From a virus (Duplodnaviria > Caudoviricetes), in IMG/VR virus record IMGVR_UViG_3300037400_006508, positions 1 through 64,000 of that record: a stretch of 64,000 nucleotides of DNA, one strand, 5' to 3'. This document shows positions 1 through 9,457 of the stretch, one piece after another. The notes beneath the pieces are model-generated. The model ran no database searches. It was not told the origin of the DNA and worked only from the letters and a program-made list of their open reading frames with translations. The position numbers were made by a program, and so were the translations under genes. The stretch's first letter is position 1. Every line of letters starts with the position of its first letter.

Positions 1-1
1 A

Positions 2-2014
2 GGCGTAGTCGTTACGCTGGAGGTTTCAAAGGAGGGTGGGGAAAGGTGCTTCCCTTGCGAGGGAGCGCTTTTCAACTCGTTAAAGGGTGTCTTGGAGAAT
101 CCGAAGGTGGACATTGTGGGACACAATGTTATAGCCGACGGAGAGTGGCTTCTGAGCTATGGGGTCGACATCCGCCCGCGTGTCGTGTACGACACGATGC
201 TGGCGGAGCACATCATCGACAACAACGGCCCGTTCGGACTGGAGACGCTGTCCATGAAGTACACGCCGTACGGAAGGTATTCCGTTGACGTGGAAGTGTG
301 GGTACGCCGCCACAAGGGATCGAAGCTGCCGGACTCCACAGAAAACGGATACGGCTACGTACCGTGGTCCATGCTTGAAAGGTATGGATACCTGGACGTC
401 GACTGCCTTTGGTACATCATGGCCAAGCAAATTCCGATCCTGCAGGAGCGCGGCCAGTTCAAGCCCCGCGGAATACACGGCGAGTACCCATCGCTGTTCA
501 GTACGGCCATGCGTACGCAGCTCGTCACGTACGAGCTGGAGCGCAACGGCCTTCCGGTCGACATCAAGCAGCTGGACATGCTCACGGAGAAGTACCAGGC
601 CGCAAGGTCCGAGGAACTATCCAAGGTCATGGCCATGGCTCGTGCGGCCGGGTATGAAGATTTCAATCCCCGGTCGTCGATCCACCTGCGCAAGATGCTG
701 TTCGACAAGCTCGGCATGACGCCGGTGAAGACGACGGACGGGGATGACTGGGGCGACGCCGTCGGAGACCTGGGCATGGACGACGAATCGGACGTGTCCG
801 CGTCTACCGACAAGACCACGCTTGAGATCCTGAGCGGGCAGCACCCGTTCGTGGACGCTCTGCTGGACTTCCGCCGCGTGGACCAGGCTTGCAAGACCTG
901 GCTCACGAAGGAGAAGGACGGCAAGCCGGCCGGACTGTACGCCAACCTGTGGCCCGACGGAAACCTCCGCCCGCACTACAGTCCGCTTACGTCTACCGGT
1001 CGGTTCAAGGTTTCGTCCCCGAACTCGCAGAACTTCCCGAAGCAGGCCGAGTCGTACTTGACCAAGATCTTCGGAAAGGGAAACGAGCCGCCGATGATCC
1101 GTACGATCGTAAAGCCCAGGTACGACAACTGGGTCCAGATCGAGGGGGACTTCTGCGCCGCGGAGTTGAACATCCTGGGCAACCTGTCGCAGGATCCCAA
1201 CATGCTAAAGGCGCTCAACACGCCGGGGCTGGACCTGCACGACAAGACCATGGTCGATTCGTTCGGGCTGCACATGTTCGACGAGAACGGACACGAGGTG
1301 TTCGAGGAGGATCTGATCTCCAAGGCCGCCGAGATGGGGGAGGACAGCGACGAGTACCAGCACTTCATGAAGACGCTGACCTACGTCGACCAGCAGAACA
1401 ATCGCATGACGAGGGCGGAGGCGAAAAGCTCCCTGCGCGTCATCGCGAAATCTCTGAACTTCGGCATCTGCTACGGCCGCGGCGCCCACGCAATCGCGCT
1501 CGCCGTGAAGGCGCAGACGGGATCCAAGGAGCCGCTGGAGGCCATCGAGCCGGGTGTGGCCGCTTCCGTCACAGGATGGAAGACGAAAGCCTATCCGGTG
1601 GCATGGCAGTGGCTCGTCCGCTATCAGCAGATGATCTACACGCACGGCTACTCGGAGAATCCATGGGGACGCAGGCGGTACTTCTACATACGTCCCGGCG
1701 AACGTAACGCCGGGTACGAGCGCGAGTCCGGCAACTTCCCGATCCAGTCGACCTGTGCGGACTCCGTGCAGATCGCCATGGGAAGGCTGCTGGACCTGCA
1801 GAAGGAGTCCGACTTCCCGTTCATCCTGCAGAACCAGATCCACGACGCCTTGATGATCGAGGTGCCGCGTGACAGGATCGAGGATGGAAAGGAGGTCCTG
1901 AGGAAGGCCATGTCGGGCATCGACATACCGATACCGGATACAGACAAGACGTTCCGTCTTGCAATCGACATCGACGTCTACGAAAGATGGGGTGTCAAAC
2001 TGCAGGACGGATAA
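2..2014 (+). CDS. polA: Family A DNA polymerase with 3'-5' exonuclease domain (5'-truncated; frame is open from the window start)
   Basis: Exo-like motifs IVGHNVIAD, YDTMLAEH, YGYLDVD; polymerase motifs TSTGRF-SSPNSQNFP, motif A IEGDFCAAELNIL, motif B RVIAKSLNFGICYG, NFPIQSTCAD, motif C QIHDALMIE. Confidence 0.95.
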   Translation, partial: GVVVTLEVSKEGGERCFPCEGALFNSLKGVLENPKVDIVGHNVIADGEWLLSYGVDIRPRVVYDTMLAEHIIDNNGPFGLETLSMKYTPYGRYSVDVEVWVRRHKGSKLPDSTENGYGYVPWSMLERYGYLDVDCLWYIMAKQIPILQERGQFKPRGIHGEYPSLFSTAMRTQLVTYELERNGLPVDIKQLDMLTEKYQAARSEELSKVMAMARAAGYEDFNPRSSIHLRKMLFDKLGMTPVKTTDGDDWGDAVGDLGMDDESDVSASTDKTTLEILSGQHPFVDALLDFRRVDQACKTWLTKEKDGKPAGLYANLWPDGNLRPHYSPLTSTGRFKVSSPNSQNFPKQAESYLTKIFGKGNEPPMIRTIVKPRYDNWVQIEGDFCAAELNILGNLSQDPNMLKALNTPGLDLHDKTMVDSFGLHMFDENGHEVFEEDLISKAAEMGEDSDEYQHFMKTLTYVDQQNNRMTRAEAKSSLRVIAKSLNFGICYGRGAHAIALAVKAQTGSKEPLEAIEPGVAASVTGWKTKAYPVAWQWLVRYQQMIYTHGYSENPWGRRRYFYIRPGERNAGYERESGNFPIQSTCADSVQIAMGRLLDLQKESDFPFILQNQIHDALMIEVPRDRIEDGKEVLRKAMSGIDIPIPDTDKTFRLAIDIDVYERWGVKLQDG

Positions 2015-2088
2015 AAAAAAACACAAAAAAAAACACAACAAAAGACAAAAAGGGCAAAAGCCCGTCACAAAGAGAAAGAAGAAAAAAA

Positions 2089-3450
2089 ATGCCAATGTTC
2101 CTAGACAACCCCACCGGTTTCGATACGGACCGGGAAAGCTTCCTGTTCAAGCAGGGAGTCCATTACTTCTACGGCAAGGGCGACGACAAGCATCCCCTGC
2201 TGTTTCTGATTCTTCCGGCCTATGAGGAGCACAACGGCTCCGTCAACTCGCTCGAGAACGGCAACCTGAACTGGTGCCGAGCGGCAACCCTGTGGAAGAA
2301 CAACGAGGGCAACATGGTTCCAGCTCCGAACCACTGGTTCGCGTCCATCTACATGTCCAAGCCGTTCATCAAGGGTTCCCGTCCGATCGTCTCCCGCAAG
2401 ACTCTGGTCGAGCGCAACGAGGATGGTACGCTGGTACGCCAGAAGGATCCGCTGTCCGAAGTGCTGGACTTCATCAAGATGCCGGAAAACCAGGAGGCGT
2501 GGGGGTATCTGTCGTTCGAGCAGTATTCCCCGAACCCGGCCCAGCGCATCAACGCGAAGCTCCCGAAGATCTCCCGCAGCTTCGTCATGAACGTGTTCAC
2601 GCTGAACGACGACAAGCCCGGTGCAAAGCTCATGGTCGTCTCGTCATATCCGGCGATGAACAACCTCGCCTCCATGACGAAGAGCAAGGAGGGGTTCGCC
2701 CTCCGGCAGACCATGCGCGAGATCTCCGACGAGGAGCTTCGCCAGAACCCGAGCGCCATGTTCGAGTACGGCGACATCACCGACCCCAACGGCGCGGTGG
2801 TGTTCCAGTTCACGAAGGCCCTGGACGAGAACAAGAAGTTCGTAAACCAGATCCTGCCCGCGTACGAGACCGATCCGGCCACCGGCCGCCAGCGCATCCA
2901 GCGTGCATCCGTCACGGCCAACGAGCTTGCCGCCCGCGTCGACCTGCAACACCCGGAAACCTACGTCAACATCCCGACGGAGGAGGAGCAGGTGCAGCAG
3001 CTGATCCAGGTGTGCTCCGGCCGCAACAAGAAAGGAGACCACGAGCTCGACATGCTTCGCGCCGCACTTCCGGACTATGCGAACATGATCCCGCAGCCGA
3101 CGCAGAGCTATCCCGTCGCAAGCCCGGTCGCCAACACGGTTCCGGTGCAGCCTCCGCCGGCTCCCGTTCCCGTGACACCCGTTGCTCCGGTTGCTCCCGT
3201 GGCCCCCGCGCCCGTTCCGGCTCCTCCGGTTGGCGGAATTCCGGCACCGGCCGTTCCTTCGGCTCCGCCCGTCCAGGTGGTGCAGAAGACCGCTACGGCG
3301 CCTGGGTATGTACCGCAGCCTCCGGCTGCGACGGCCCCGGCCGCCCCGGCCGCTCCCGCAACTCCGAACGCCGCCCCCATCCAGAACGTGCCGGGTGAGA
3401 CGCCGTTCGGCCAGAACTGGCTCCAGGCCGCCATCAACGGAGGTCTCTGA
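2089..3450 (+). CDS. Hypothetical replication protein, possibly ssDNA-binding, with long Pro/Ala-rich C-terminal linker
   Basis: ATG at 2089 after an A-rich leader; lies between polA and the recA-like gene; about 110-aa PVAP-rich tail ending GETPFGQNWLQAAINGGL. Function inferred from position only. Confidence 0.45.
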   Translation: MPMFLDNPTGFDTDRESFLFKQGVHYFYGKGDDKHPLLFLILPAYEEHNGSVNSLENGNLNWCRAATLWKNNEGNMVPAPNHWFASIYMSKPFIKGSRPIVSRKTLVERNEDGTLVRQKDPLSEVLDFIKMPENQEAWGYLSFEQYSPNPAQRINAKLPKISRSFVMNVFTLNDDKPGAKLMVVSSYPAMNNLASMTKSKEGFALRQTMREISDEELRQNPSAMFEYGDITDPNGAVVFQFTKALDENKKFVNQILPAYETDPATGRQRIQRASVTANELAARVDLQHPETYVNIPTEEEQVQQLIQVCSGRNKKGDHELDMLRAALPDYANMIPQPTQSYPVASPVANTVPVQPPPAPVPVTPVAPVAPVAPAPVPAPPVGGIPAPAVPSAPPVQVVQKTATAPGYVPQPPAATAPAAPAAPATPNAAPIQNVPGETPFGQNWLQAAINGGL

Positions 3451-4763
3451 TGCCTCCGAAGAAGAAGCTGGACAACGGTCCCGCCAAGGGTTCGATGGCC
3501 GCTCTTCTCGCACGCATGTCGGAGGATTTCGGCGTGCGTGCGAAGACGGCCACGGACTACTCGAAGGACTGGAGGTTCCTCAAGTTCAGGGACCCGCACA
3601 CCAAGCTGCCGTCGATCGCGCACGAGTACCTCCTTCAGGCATGCGGATTCAGGGCCGGAACCGTCAACCAGTTCCGCGGTCTTGCCGCGACCGGAAAGTC
3701 GTCTCTGTGCTACCTGGAGTACGGGTCGTCCCTCCTGGACGACTCGGGCTCGTTCTGCGCCCATATCGAGACGGAGGGCGCCGGCATGAGCGATACCCGT
3801 ACCGCGCAGTTCGGCGTCGATCCGAGCTCGATCGCCCTTCCGGACGGCTGCGGCTCGTTCGAGGAGGCCGTCGCGTTCGTGGACACGTTCCGCTGCATCA
3901 TCCGTGGCGGCGACGGCGGTTCCATCAACGACATGGGGCGCAAGTCCGCAACCAAGTTCAAGAAGGAGGACGCGGAGGACCCGGACTGCACGAAGCCGAT
4001 CCTGATCGGTATCGACTCCCTGTCGAATCTCGGCAAGGAGGACAACACGAAGCTGGACATCGCGGACATGTCCAAGACGGCCCAGCTTTCGTGGCTCACG
4101 GTCAAGATCAGGGAATGGCTCCGCCAGAAGGCACGCGTGTACGAGAGGGACCTGCTGACGCTGTTCCTGACGACGCACGAGACGCAGCTCATCAAGATCG
4201 GCCCGATGGCCGGTTACGGTCCGCCGGAGAAGACCTCCGTGGCCGGGAACGCCATCAAGATGTTCGACACGGTAGCCATCGACTTCGCGAAGAAGGACTG
4301 GAAGGACCGCAACAACATCGTGGTCGGCGACGAGCTGCAGCTCAAGACGTTCAAGAACAAGCTCGGACGCGCAGGAAAGCACGTCTCGCTGTTCCTGACG
4401 AAGGAGAACGGGTTCGACATGATCCACTCCGACGCGGAGTTCCTGCTCGGCAAGGACTCCCCGTTCGCGGACGGCGCCGGGATTTTCGACGGTACCAGGC
4501 TGTGCTACCGGCATGCCGGCGGCATCACCTGCCGCCCGCTCGGGGACAGGGCGTTCAAGTCGGAGGAGGAGTTCGTCCGGGCGTTCTACGACAACAAGGA
4601 CGTTCTGGACACGTGCCGCGACGGGATGCGCATCTACGGATACGGCCTCCCGCACGAAACGAAGTACCGGAACGAGTTCGTGGACGGCGTGTACGTAGGC
4701 CCCGAGTCCGAGGTCAAGTCGTACGTCGGCGAAGAGAACGAATCTCCGGAAACGGAAGAATGA
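3450..4763 (+). CDS. RecA/UvsX-like recombinase ATPase
   Basis: Walker A GLAATGKSS, Walker B ILIGIDSLSNL, RecA-like SVAGNAIKMF and KTFKNKL segments; start overlaps the upstream stop. Confidence 0.85.
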   Translation: MPPKKKLDNGPAKGSMAALLARMSEDFGVRAKTATDYSKDWRFLKFRDPHTKLPSIAHEYLLQACGFRAGTVNQFRGLAATGKSSLCYLEYGSSLLDDSGSFCAHIETEGAGMSDTRTAQFGVDPSSIALPDGCGSFEEAVAFVDTFRCIIRGGDGGSINDMGRKSATKFKKEDAEDPDCTKPILIGIDSLSNLGKEDNTKLDIADMSKTAQLSWLTVKIREWLRQKARVYERDLLTLFLTTHETQLIKIGPMAGYGPPEKTSVAGNAIKMFDTVAIDFAKKDWKDRNNIVVGDELQLKTFKNKLGRAGKHVSLFLTKENGFDMIHSDAEFLLGKDSPFADGAGIFDGTRLCYRHAGGITCRPLGDRAFKSEEEFVRAFYDNKDVLDTCRDGMRIYGYGLPHETKYRNEFVDGVYVGPESEVKSYVGEENESPETEE

Positions 4764-4774
4764 AAGACGCGGGA

Positions 4775-4799
4775 CTCCCGGAGGCGACCCCTCCGGGAG
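4775..4799 (+). terminator. Intergenic stem-loop (terminator-like or processing hairpin)
   Basis: CTCCCGGAGG-cgacc-CCTCCGGGAG, 10-bp perfect stem between the recA-like and nuclease genes; weak U-tract. Confidence 0.45.
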
Positions 4800-4822
4800 C
4801 TTCCCCTTGAAAAGGAGTACAT

Positions 4823-5926
4823 ATGAAGCTGATGCATATCGCCGACTGCCATGTCGGCTGCCGCATGTACGGCATGCAGCAACGAGAGGAAGATTTTTAC
4901 GAAGCCCTCCGCAAGGTAGGAGACATCGCCGAGAAGGAATGTGTCGACGCGGTCGTGATCGCCGGAGATCTTTTCGACATGGCGCGTCCGCCGGCAAAGG
5001 CCGTCTGCGAGGTCGCCCAGTTCGTGGAGAAGCTAAAGGCGAATAACATCCCGGTCCTCGGCATCGAGGGGAACCATGACCTGACCCAGGACAACTACTG
5101 GCTTCGTACCTGCGGAATCTGGCCGCTGCAGGCATATTCATATTACGACAGCGTAAAGAACGTCAAGGTGGCCGGGTTCAATTTCGCAAGGACGGACGAA
5201 CTCTTCGAGCAGCTGAACGCCTTTGCGAATTCCTGCGAGGAGTCTTGCGAGACATGGCCGGTTGTCGCGCTTCACCTCGGCCTTGCCGAGATGGGGTGCG
5301 GATTCAACCCGGACGCCTCCGCCATGCAGCTCGTCCCAATCCTGAAGAAGATCGGTTGCAAGTATCTGGCGCTAGGCCACATCCATATCAGGATGGAGCA
5401 GTTCTTCGACGGCATTTCGTTCGTTCAGCCAGGTTCCCTGGAGCTCAAGTCGATCGACGAGCCGCAGGAGAAGTCCGTCGAGATCGTCAACATCGACTCG
5501 GACGGCACCGTGACCCAGAGGCAGGTTCCGTATGCGACGCGAAAGGTCGTACACGTGAACGTGAACTCCGAGGACGACATGGAAAACGCGGCCATGGCCG
5601 CAAAGTCCGTGAAGGACGAGGATGCAATGGCCGTCGTGTACGTGGACAAGTCCGTGATCGACGGCGTGAAGCGCGTCTCCGAGCTGTTTTCCGGTTGCAT
5701 GGCCCGCATTCTGCCGGTCGGGGCTACCGACTCGGTCATCAATGGGTACGAACGCGGAAAGGCCATGGACGTGCTGAAGGACGCCGTTCTGTCGTATTTC
5801 GACGACGGGTCCGCGCAGTACGACATGATCATGAAGATCATCTCCACAGGCGACCCGAGGTCCGTCGTGGAGGATTTCCTTAACAAGGAGGAAAAGAATG
5901 AAGCTGACAGTGAAAATGTCGCTTGA
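4823..5926 (+). CDS. Mre11/SbcD-like metallophosphoesterase nuclease
   Basis: Motifs HIADCHVG, IAGDLFD, GNHD, ALGHIH, QPGSLE; GGAG RBS. Confidence 0.9.
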   Translation: MKLMHIADCHVGCRMYGMQQREEDFYEALRKVGDIAEKECVDAVVIAGDLFDMARPPAKAVCEVAQFVEKLKANNIPVLGIEGNHDLTQDNYWLRTCGIWPLQAYSYYDSVKNVKVAGFNFARTDELFEQLNAFANSCEESCETWPVVALHLGLAEMGCGFNPDASAMQLVPILKKIGCKYLALGHIHIRMEQFFDGISFVQPGSLELKSIDEPQEKSVEIVNIDSDGTVTQRQVPYATRKVVHVNVNSEDDMENAAMAAKSVKDEDAMAVVYVDKSVIDGVKRVSELFSGCMARILPVGATDSVINGYERGKAMDVLKDAVLSYFDDGSAQYDMIMKIISTGDPRSVVEDFLNKEEKNEADSENVA

Positions 5927-6161
5927 GTGCGAAGGCCACGAGGACGCGTCAGAACTGTCGTACGTGGTCGAGCTGCCAGGCAGCCCTGTGGACGAGAACG
6001 ACAAGGAGAAGTTCGTTACCGCCCTGTCCAGCATCGTGGACTTCCAGGAAGTCATGGAGAAGCTGACGAAGAGATACGCTGTTCCTGACGACGATGGCGC
6101 ACGGCAGCAACAGCAGCTTCTCATGGAGGCGCAGATGGAAGCACAGGAGGCGCAGCAATGA
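5898..6161 (+). CDS. Hypothetical protein
   Basis: RBS, coupled overlaps and typical codon usage. Confidence 0.6.
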   Translation: MKLTVKMSLECEGHEDASELSYVVELPGSPVDENDKEKFVTALSSIVDFQEVMEKLTKRYAVPDDDGARQQQQLLMEAQMEAQEAQQ

Positions 6162-6655
6162 TGCAAATCCCGTACTTCATCCATATCGAATTCGCAGGAT
6201 TCCAGGACGAGGCTACGCCGTTCACCTCGGTGAACAAGGTGGAGCTTGCATACTACAACGGCCAGTCCCTGCAGAAATACGAGTTCGATTGCGAGCACGA
6301 CTCCAATGACAGCCAGAAGGCCGTGTGGAACTCCATTGCAGAATGGATCCGTTCGTTCATGAAGAACGGCTGGGTCGTTCCAGTGGGATGGGATCTGCGC
6401 AACCTGGTGTGGCCTGCTTTGACGCTGAACCTGATTCGATGGAGGGAATCTACTCCCGGTCTGTTCATGCCGCTCGAGAAGAAGTGGAACAACCTGGACA
6501 TGATCGACCTGAAGAACCTTGTCATGCAGGGCGGGTACAATCCGAACTGGACCCCCAAGCTTGCCGAGGCGGAGGCCTTTTTGGTACAATCTCCATCCAG
6601 CAAGCCGATCGACATGCTGTTCGACCTGTACATGGCATTCCAGCAGGTCAGATAG
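6158..6655 (+). CDS. Hypothetical protein, possible degenerate DnaQ-like 3'-5' exonuclease fold
   Basis: VVPVGWDLRNL..WP and MIDLKNL resemble ExoII-region motifs, but catalytic acids are not obvious. Confidence 0.3.
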   Translation: MMQIPYFIHIEFAGFQDEATPFTSVNKVELAYYNGQSLQKYEFDCEHDSNDSQKAVWNSIAEWIRSFMKNGWVVPVGWDLRNLVWPALTLNLIRWRESTPGLFMPLEKKWNNLDMIDLKNLVMQGGYNPNWTPKLAEAEAFLVQSPSSKPIDMLFDLYMAFQQVR

Positions 6656-6658
6656 CCA

Positions 6659-6856
6659 ATGGAAACGAAACTTCAACGAACCGCGGCCGAACTGGCCGAC
6701 TCCATTTCCCAGCTCTCGTTCGAGATAAACGAGCTGAAGGAGCGCAAGAAGGCGTACGTCAAGGAGATGAACGAGCGCATCCGCGACCTTCAGCTGGAGA
6801 TCGACGGCGAGACGGAGCAGTGGAAGATACTGAAGGCCAAGGAGGCCGCCGGGTAG
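6659..6856 (+). CDS. Small coiled-coil protein
   Basis: Heptad-like, charged helical sequence. Confidence 0.55.
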   Translation: METKLQRTAAELADSISQLSFEINELKERKKAYVKEMNERIRDLQLEIDGETEQWKILKAKEAAG

Positions 6857-6904
6857 ACGGTCACTATTGCGGTTCTACATTGAAAAAGATACGAAAGGTA
6901 CGAC

Positions 6905-7312
6905 ATGCCTACGACATTGGACGAACAGGTCAAGGAATTCATGCATACGGGCGTGATCTACGACCATAAGGGAGTCAAGGTGCCGAACGCCGGCACATGC
7001 CCCATGTGCGGACGCCTGACGGCCACGAAGGGGCTGTACACAGGCAAGGCGCAGGACGTGCTTTGCCATGACTGCCTGGAGAAGACCAAGGGAGCCGCAT
7101 ACCTGTTCTGCGGATTGTGCGGACAGTTCATCGGACTGTACAAGCCCGGCATCACGCCGGAGGAGAAGTACGAGGTGAAGCCGGGCGACACGCTGCACCT
7201 GAATTGGTGTCCGAATTGCAACCCGGACGCTGGAAAGGCGTACGTTGTAGAGTTCAGGGACTTCATGAACCAAAAGCTCGGAAACGCCCCGAAGCCGGAC
7301 CAGAAACAATGA
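6905..7312 (+). CDS. Zinc-finger protein
   Basis: Four CxxC pairs (CPMC, CHDC, CGLC, CPNC). Confidence 0.7.
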   Translation: MPTTLDEQVKEFMHTGVIYDHKGVKVPNAGTCPMCGRLTATKGLYTGKAQDVLCHDCLEKTKGAAYLFCGLCGQFIGLYKPGITPEEKYEVKPGDTLHLNWCPNCNPDAGKAYVVEFRDFMNQKLGNAPKPDQKQ

Positions 7313-7869
7313 GCTGGAAGGAGCGAGCCGAGGCTTACGCCTCGATAGGTTCGGCCGCCGGACAGCGGAACGACGACTTTGTGGCCAGGAAGGTCCTGAA
7401 GGGAGTGGGCTGGTCGGAGCGCAAGCTCCCTCTGCTGTGCTCCAAGCTGGACGTGCCATGGGACGGTTCCGCCCCGTTGTGGGACACGACACGAGACTGC
7501 CTCGACGTGATGTCGGGCAACCTGTTCGGGCACAACTCGCCAAACAGGAAGTTCATCCTGGACGTACGGCCGCTCAACAAGAAGGGCATGTGCTGGAAGG
7601 ACCAGGAGGAGCTTGACGAGTACTGCGAGATAGCGCAGACCGTATCCGGCGGGTTCATCGTATGCGGAAGAAAGCAGATATCGGAAGGGGTATCGGAAGC
7701 CATAGCCCTGTGCTTCCTTAACGAGGCGTACCAACCGCCCGTTTGGATCCTGCAGCCGCCTGCCGCCCTCAGGGAGCGGCGCAACACGGTTGCCGTATGG
7801 GTGAGAAGGGTGGAAGACCTTTTCAGGGACATGTCCCAGTTCATGGGATGGAACGTCCCGCAGACATGA
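7309..7869 (+). CDS. Hypothetical protein
   Basis: ATGA-type coupled start at 7309; typical codon usage. Confidence 0.6.
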   Translation: MSWKERAEAYASIGSAAGQRNDDFVARKVLKGVGWSERKLPLLCSKLDVPWDGSAPLWDTTRDCLDVMSGNLFGHNSPNRKFILDVRPLNKKGMCWKDQEELDEYCEIAQTVSGGFIVCGRKQISEGVSEAIALCFLNEAYQPPVWILQPPAALRERRNTVAVWVRRVEDLFRDMSQFMGWNVPQT

Positions 7870-8393
7870 TTTCCGCATGCGACGCATGCGCAAAGGAGAC
7901 CTACATGACAGAATGCTGCGAAAATCACGGAGCCGACCATGTCCACGACATGACCGAGCTGGACTCAAACACAGATGAACACATGGTAGAAATCGACCCC
8001 GGTGAAAGCCGTATACCGGAGCACCGGGACTCGTTCGACGCCAGGTTCACCAACTTCGATCCCCCGCACGGCATCAGGGAGGCGTACATCGCGTACGCCA
8101 AAGTAGACACCAAGGAGGTCGAGAAGGACCCGGCCCTCGTGAACTGCGTCTTGGTCGGCGCGGATTTCACGGCAGGCCGGTACGAAGGCGACGATTTCAT
8201 CGAGGACCCGGAAGGGGACGAGGTGAGGATCGCAAGACGGTACAAGTCGCAATTCGACCGGATCCGCCGGATCACCGGCTACCTTGTCGGGACGGTGGAA
8301 AGGTTCAACGACGCGAAACGACACGAAGAACACGACCGGGTAAAGCACGCGATGTCGTCGCTCGCCCACGAGCACACAATCGGAAAAATCTAA
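7866..8393 (+). CDS. Stand-alone NrdD (class III ribonucleotide reductase) C-terminal glycyl-radical domain protein
   Basis: C-terminus FDRIRRITGYLVGTVERFNDAKRHEEHDRVKH matches the NrdD RxxGYL...N..K..E..DRV terminus; only 175 aa. Confidence 0.75.
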   Translation: MISACDACAKETYMTECCENHGADHVHDMTELDSNTDEHMVEIDPGESRIPEHRDSFDARFTNFDPPHGIREAYIAYAKVDTKEVEKDPALVNCVLVGADFTAGRYEGDDFIEDPEGDEVRIARRYKSQFDRIRRITGYLVGTVERFNDAKRHEEHDRVKHAMSSLAHEHTIGKI

Positions 8394-8419
8394 CCCAAAC
8401 AAAAAAAAACAAACACAAG

Positions 8420-8454
8420 ACAACCCGCTGGATTTCCGGCGGGTTGTTCTTTTT
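8420..8454 (+). terminator. Rho-independent terminator
   Basis: ACAACCCGCTGGA / TCCGGCGGGTTGT stem followed by TCTTTTT. Confidence 0.75.
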
Positions 8455-8470
8455 CACAGGAGACAAACCA

Positions 8471-9400
8471 ATGAAGACGGAATACCAGGAAACGCTGGAC
8501 AAGAAGTTCGGCATCAAGCAGCGTACGGAGCACAAGCTCTTCCCGACGACGGAGGACATCAAGCTCCACGAGATCATCCCGCAGGAGTTCACGAAGGAGC
8601 GGATCATCGCGTACCTGTCCTGCAACCCGGAGAACCGCGACGTGCGGAAGGTCCGCGTGGAGGGATGGGAGCTCAAGATCGTCGACGGGGAATTCCACGA
8701 CGCGTCGTGCTTCATCGAGGTCACCGAGCACCCGGAGACGCACAAGCTCATCCTGTCCGGCGGCCAGCACAAGCTGTATGCCATGCTGGATCTCGGCTAC
8801 TTCGGCCATACGTTCAACGTGCGCCGGGTCGCGTGGGAGGAGCGGATCGACTCGAACTCGGGCGACCGCAACACCACGGCGGACAACCTTGCCATGGAGT
8901 TCGGGCGCCGCTACTCGACGTACGATGCGAACTGCGTCTACACCTACATCCGCAACGAGCGGAAGAAGGTGCCGCGGTTCCCGAACGCCACGAGGATCAT
9001 CGTCGGCCTCCTGGACGAGGGCGGCCTCGGGGAGTTCGTCGAGGAGCTCAAGACCCGGTCCACCAGCTCCCGCACGGGGAAGATCCTGTCGACCGGCGTG
9101 TACGGTGCGGTCATCGGCGACTATATCGCCAATCCGCAGCACCGGGCGCTCCTGCTCGACTTCACCGAGAAGGTCCGCAACCCGGACCTGGCCGCGACCC
9201 GCAACGGGAAGCTGGCCGACCCGGCGTACGCGCTGGAGGACGCGCTCGACAAGTTCATGCGCGCCCGCCGCCGCGGAGGCAAGGAGCGGTCGGACCGCGT
9301 CTACGCCGCCACCAAGTACACGCTGGAGAAGTATCTCGTCAGCGGTGACAAGGTGACGGCCGCCGAGATCGCGGCGAACGCCAAGTTCAAGACGTTCTAA
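8471..9400 (+). CDS. Hypothetical protein with ParB/DGQHR-like N-terminal motif
   Basis: ILSGGQHKLYAML resembles the ParB/Srx-type DGQHRL.A motif; AGGAG RBS. Confidence 0.4.
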   Translation: MKTEYQETLDKKFGIKQRTEHKLFPTTEDIKLHEIIPQEFTKERIIAYLSCNPENRDVRKVRVEGWELKIVDGEFHDASCFIEVTEHPETHKLILSGGQHKLYAMLDLGYFGHTFNVRRVAWEERIDSNSGDRNTTADNLAMEFGRRYSTYDANCVYTYIRNERKKVPRFPNATRIIVGLLDEGGLGEFVEELKTRSTSSRTGKILSTGVYGAVIGDYIANPQHRALLLDFTEKVRNPDLAATRNGKLADPAYALEDALDKFMRARRRGGKERSDRVYAATKYTLEKYLVSGDKVTAAEIAANAKFKTF

Positions 9401-9408
9401 CCATGAAT

Positions 9409-9441
9409 GGGCAACCTGTCGGGAATCCCGGCAGGTTGCCC
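9409..9441 (+). terminator. Strong intergenic hairpin
   Basis: GGGCAACCTGTCGGG-aat-CCCGGCAGGTTGCCC (15-bp stem with one G-U pair) just after the 9400 stop. Confidence 0.55.
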
Positions 9442-9457
9442 GGAGGACGGAAGCACA

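Noticed and set aside
3108-5141. Long minus-strand ORFs here and elsewhere (e.g. 8390-9892, 16763-17995, 62385-63953)
   Set aside because: Antisense shadows of GC3-rich plus-strand genes that carry recognisable motifs
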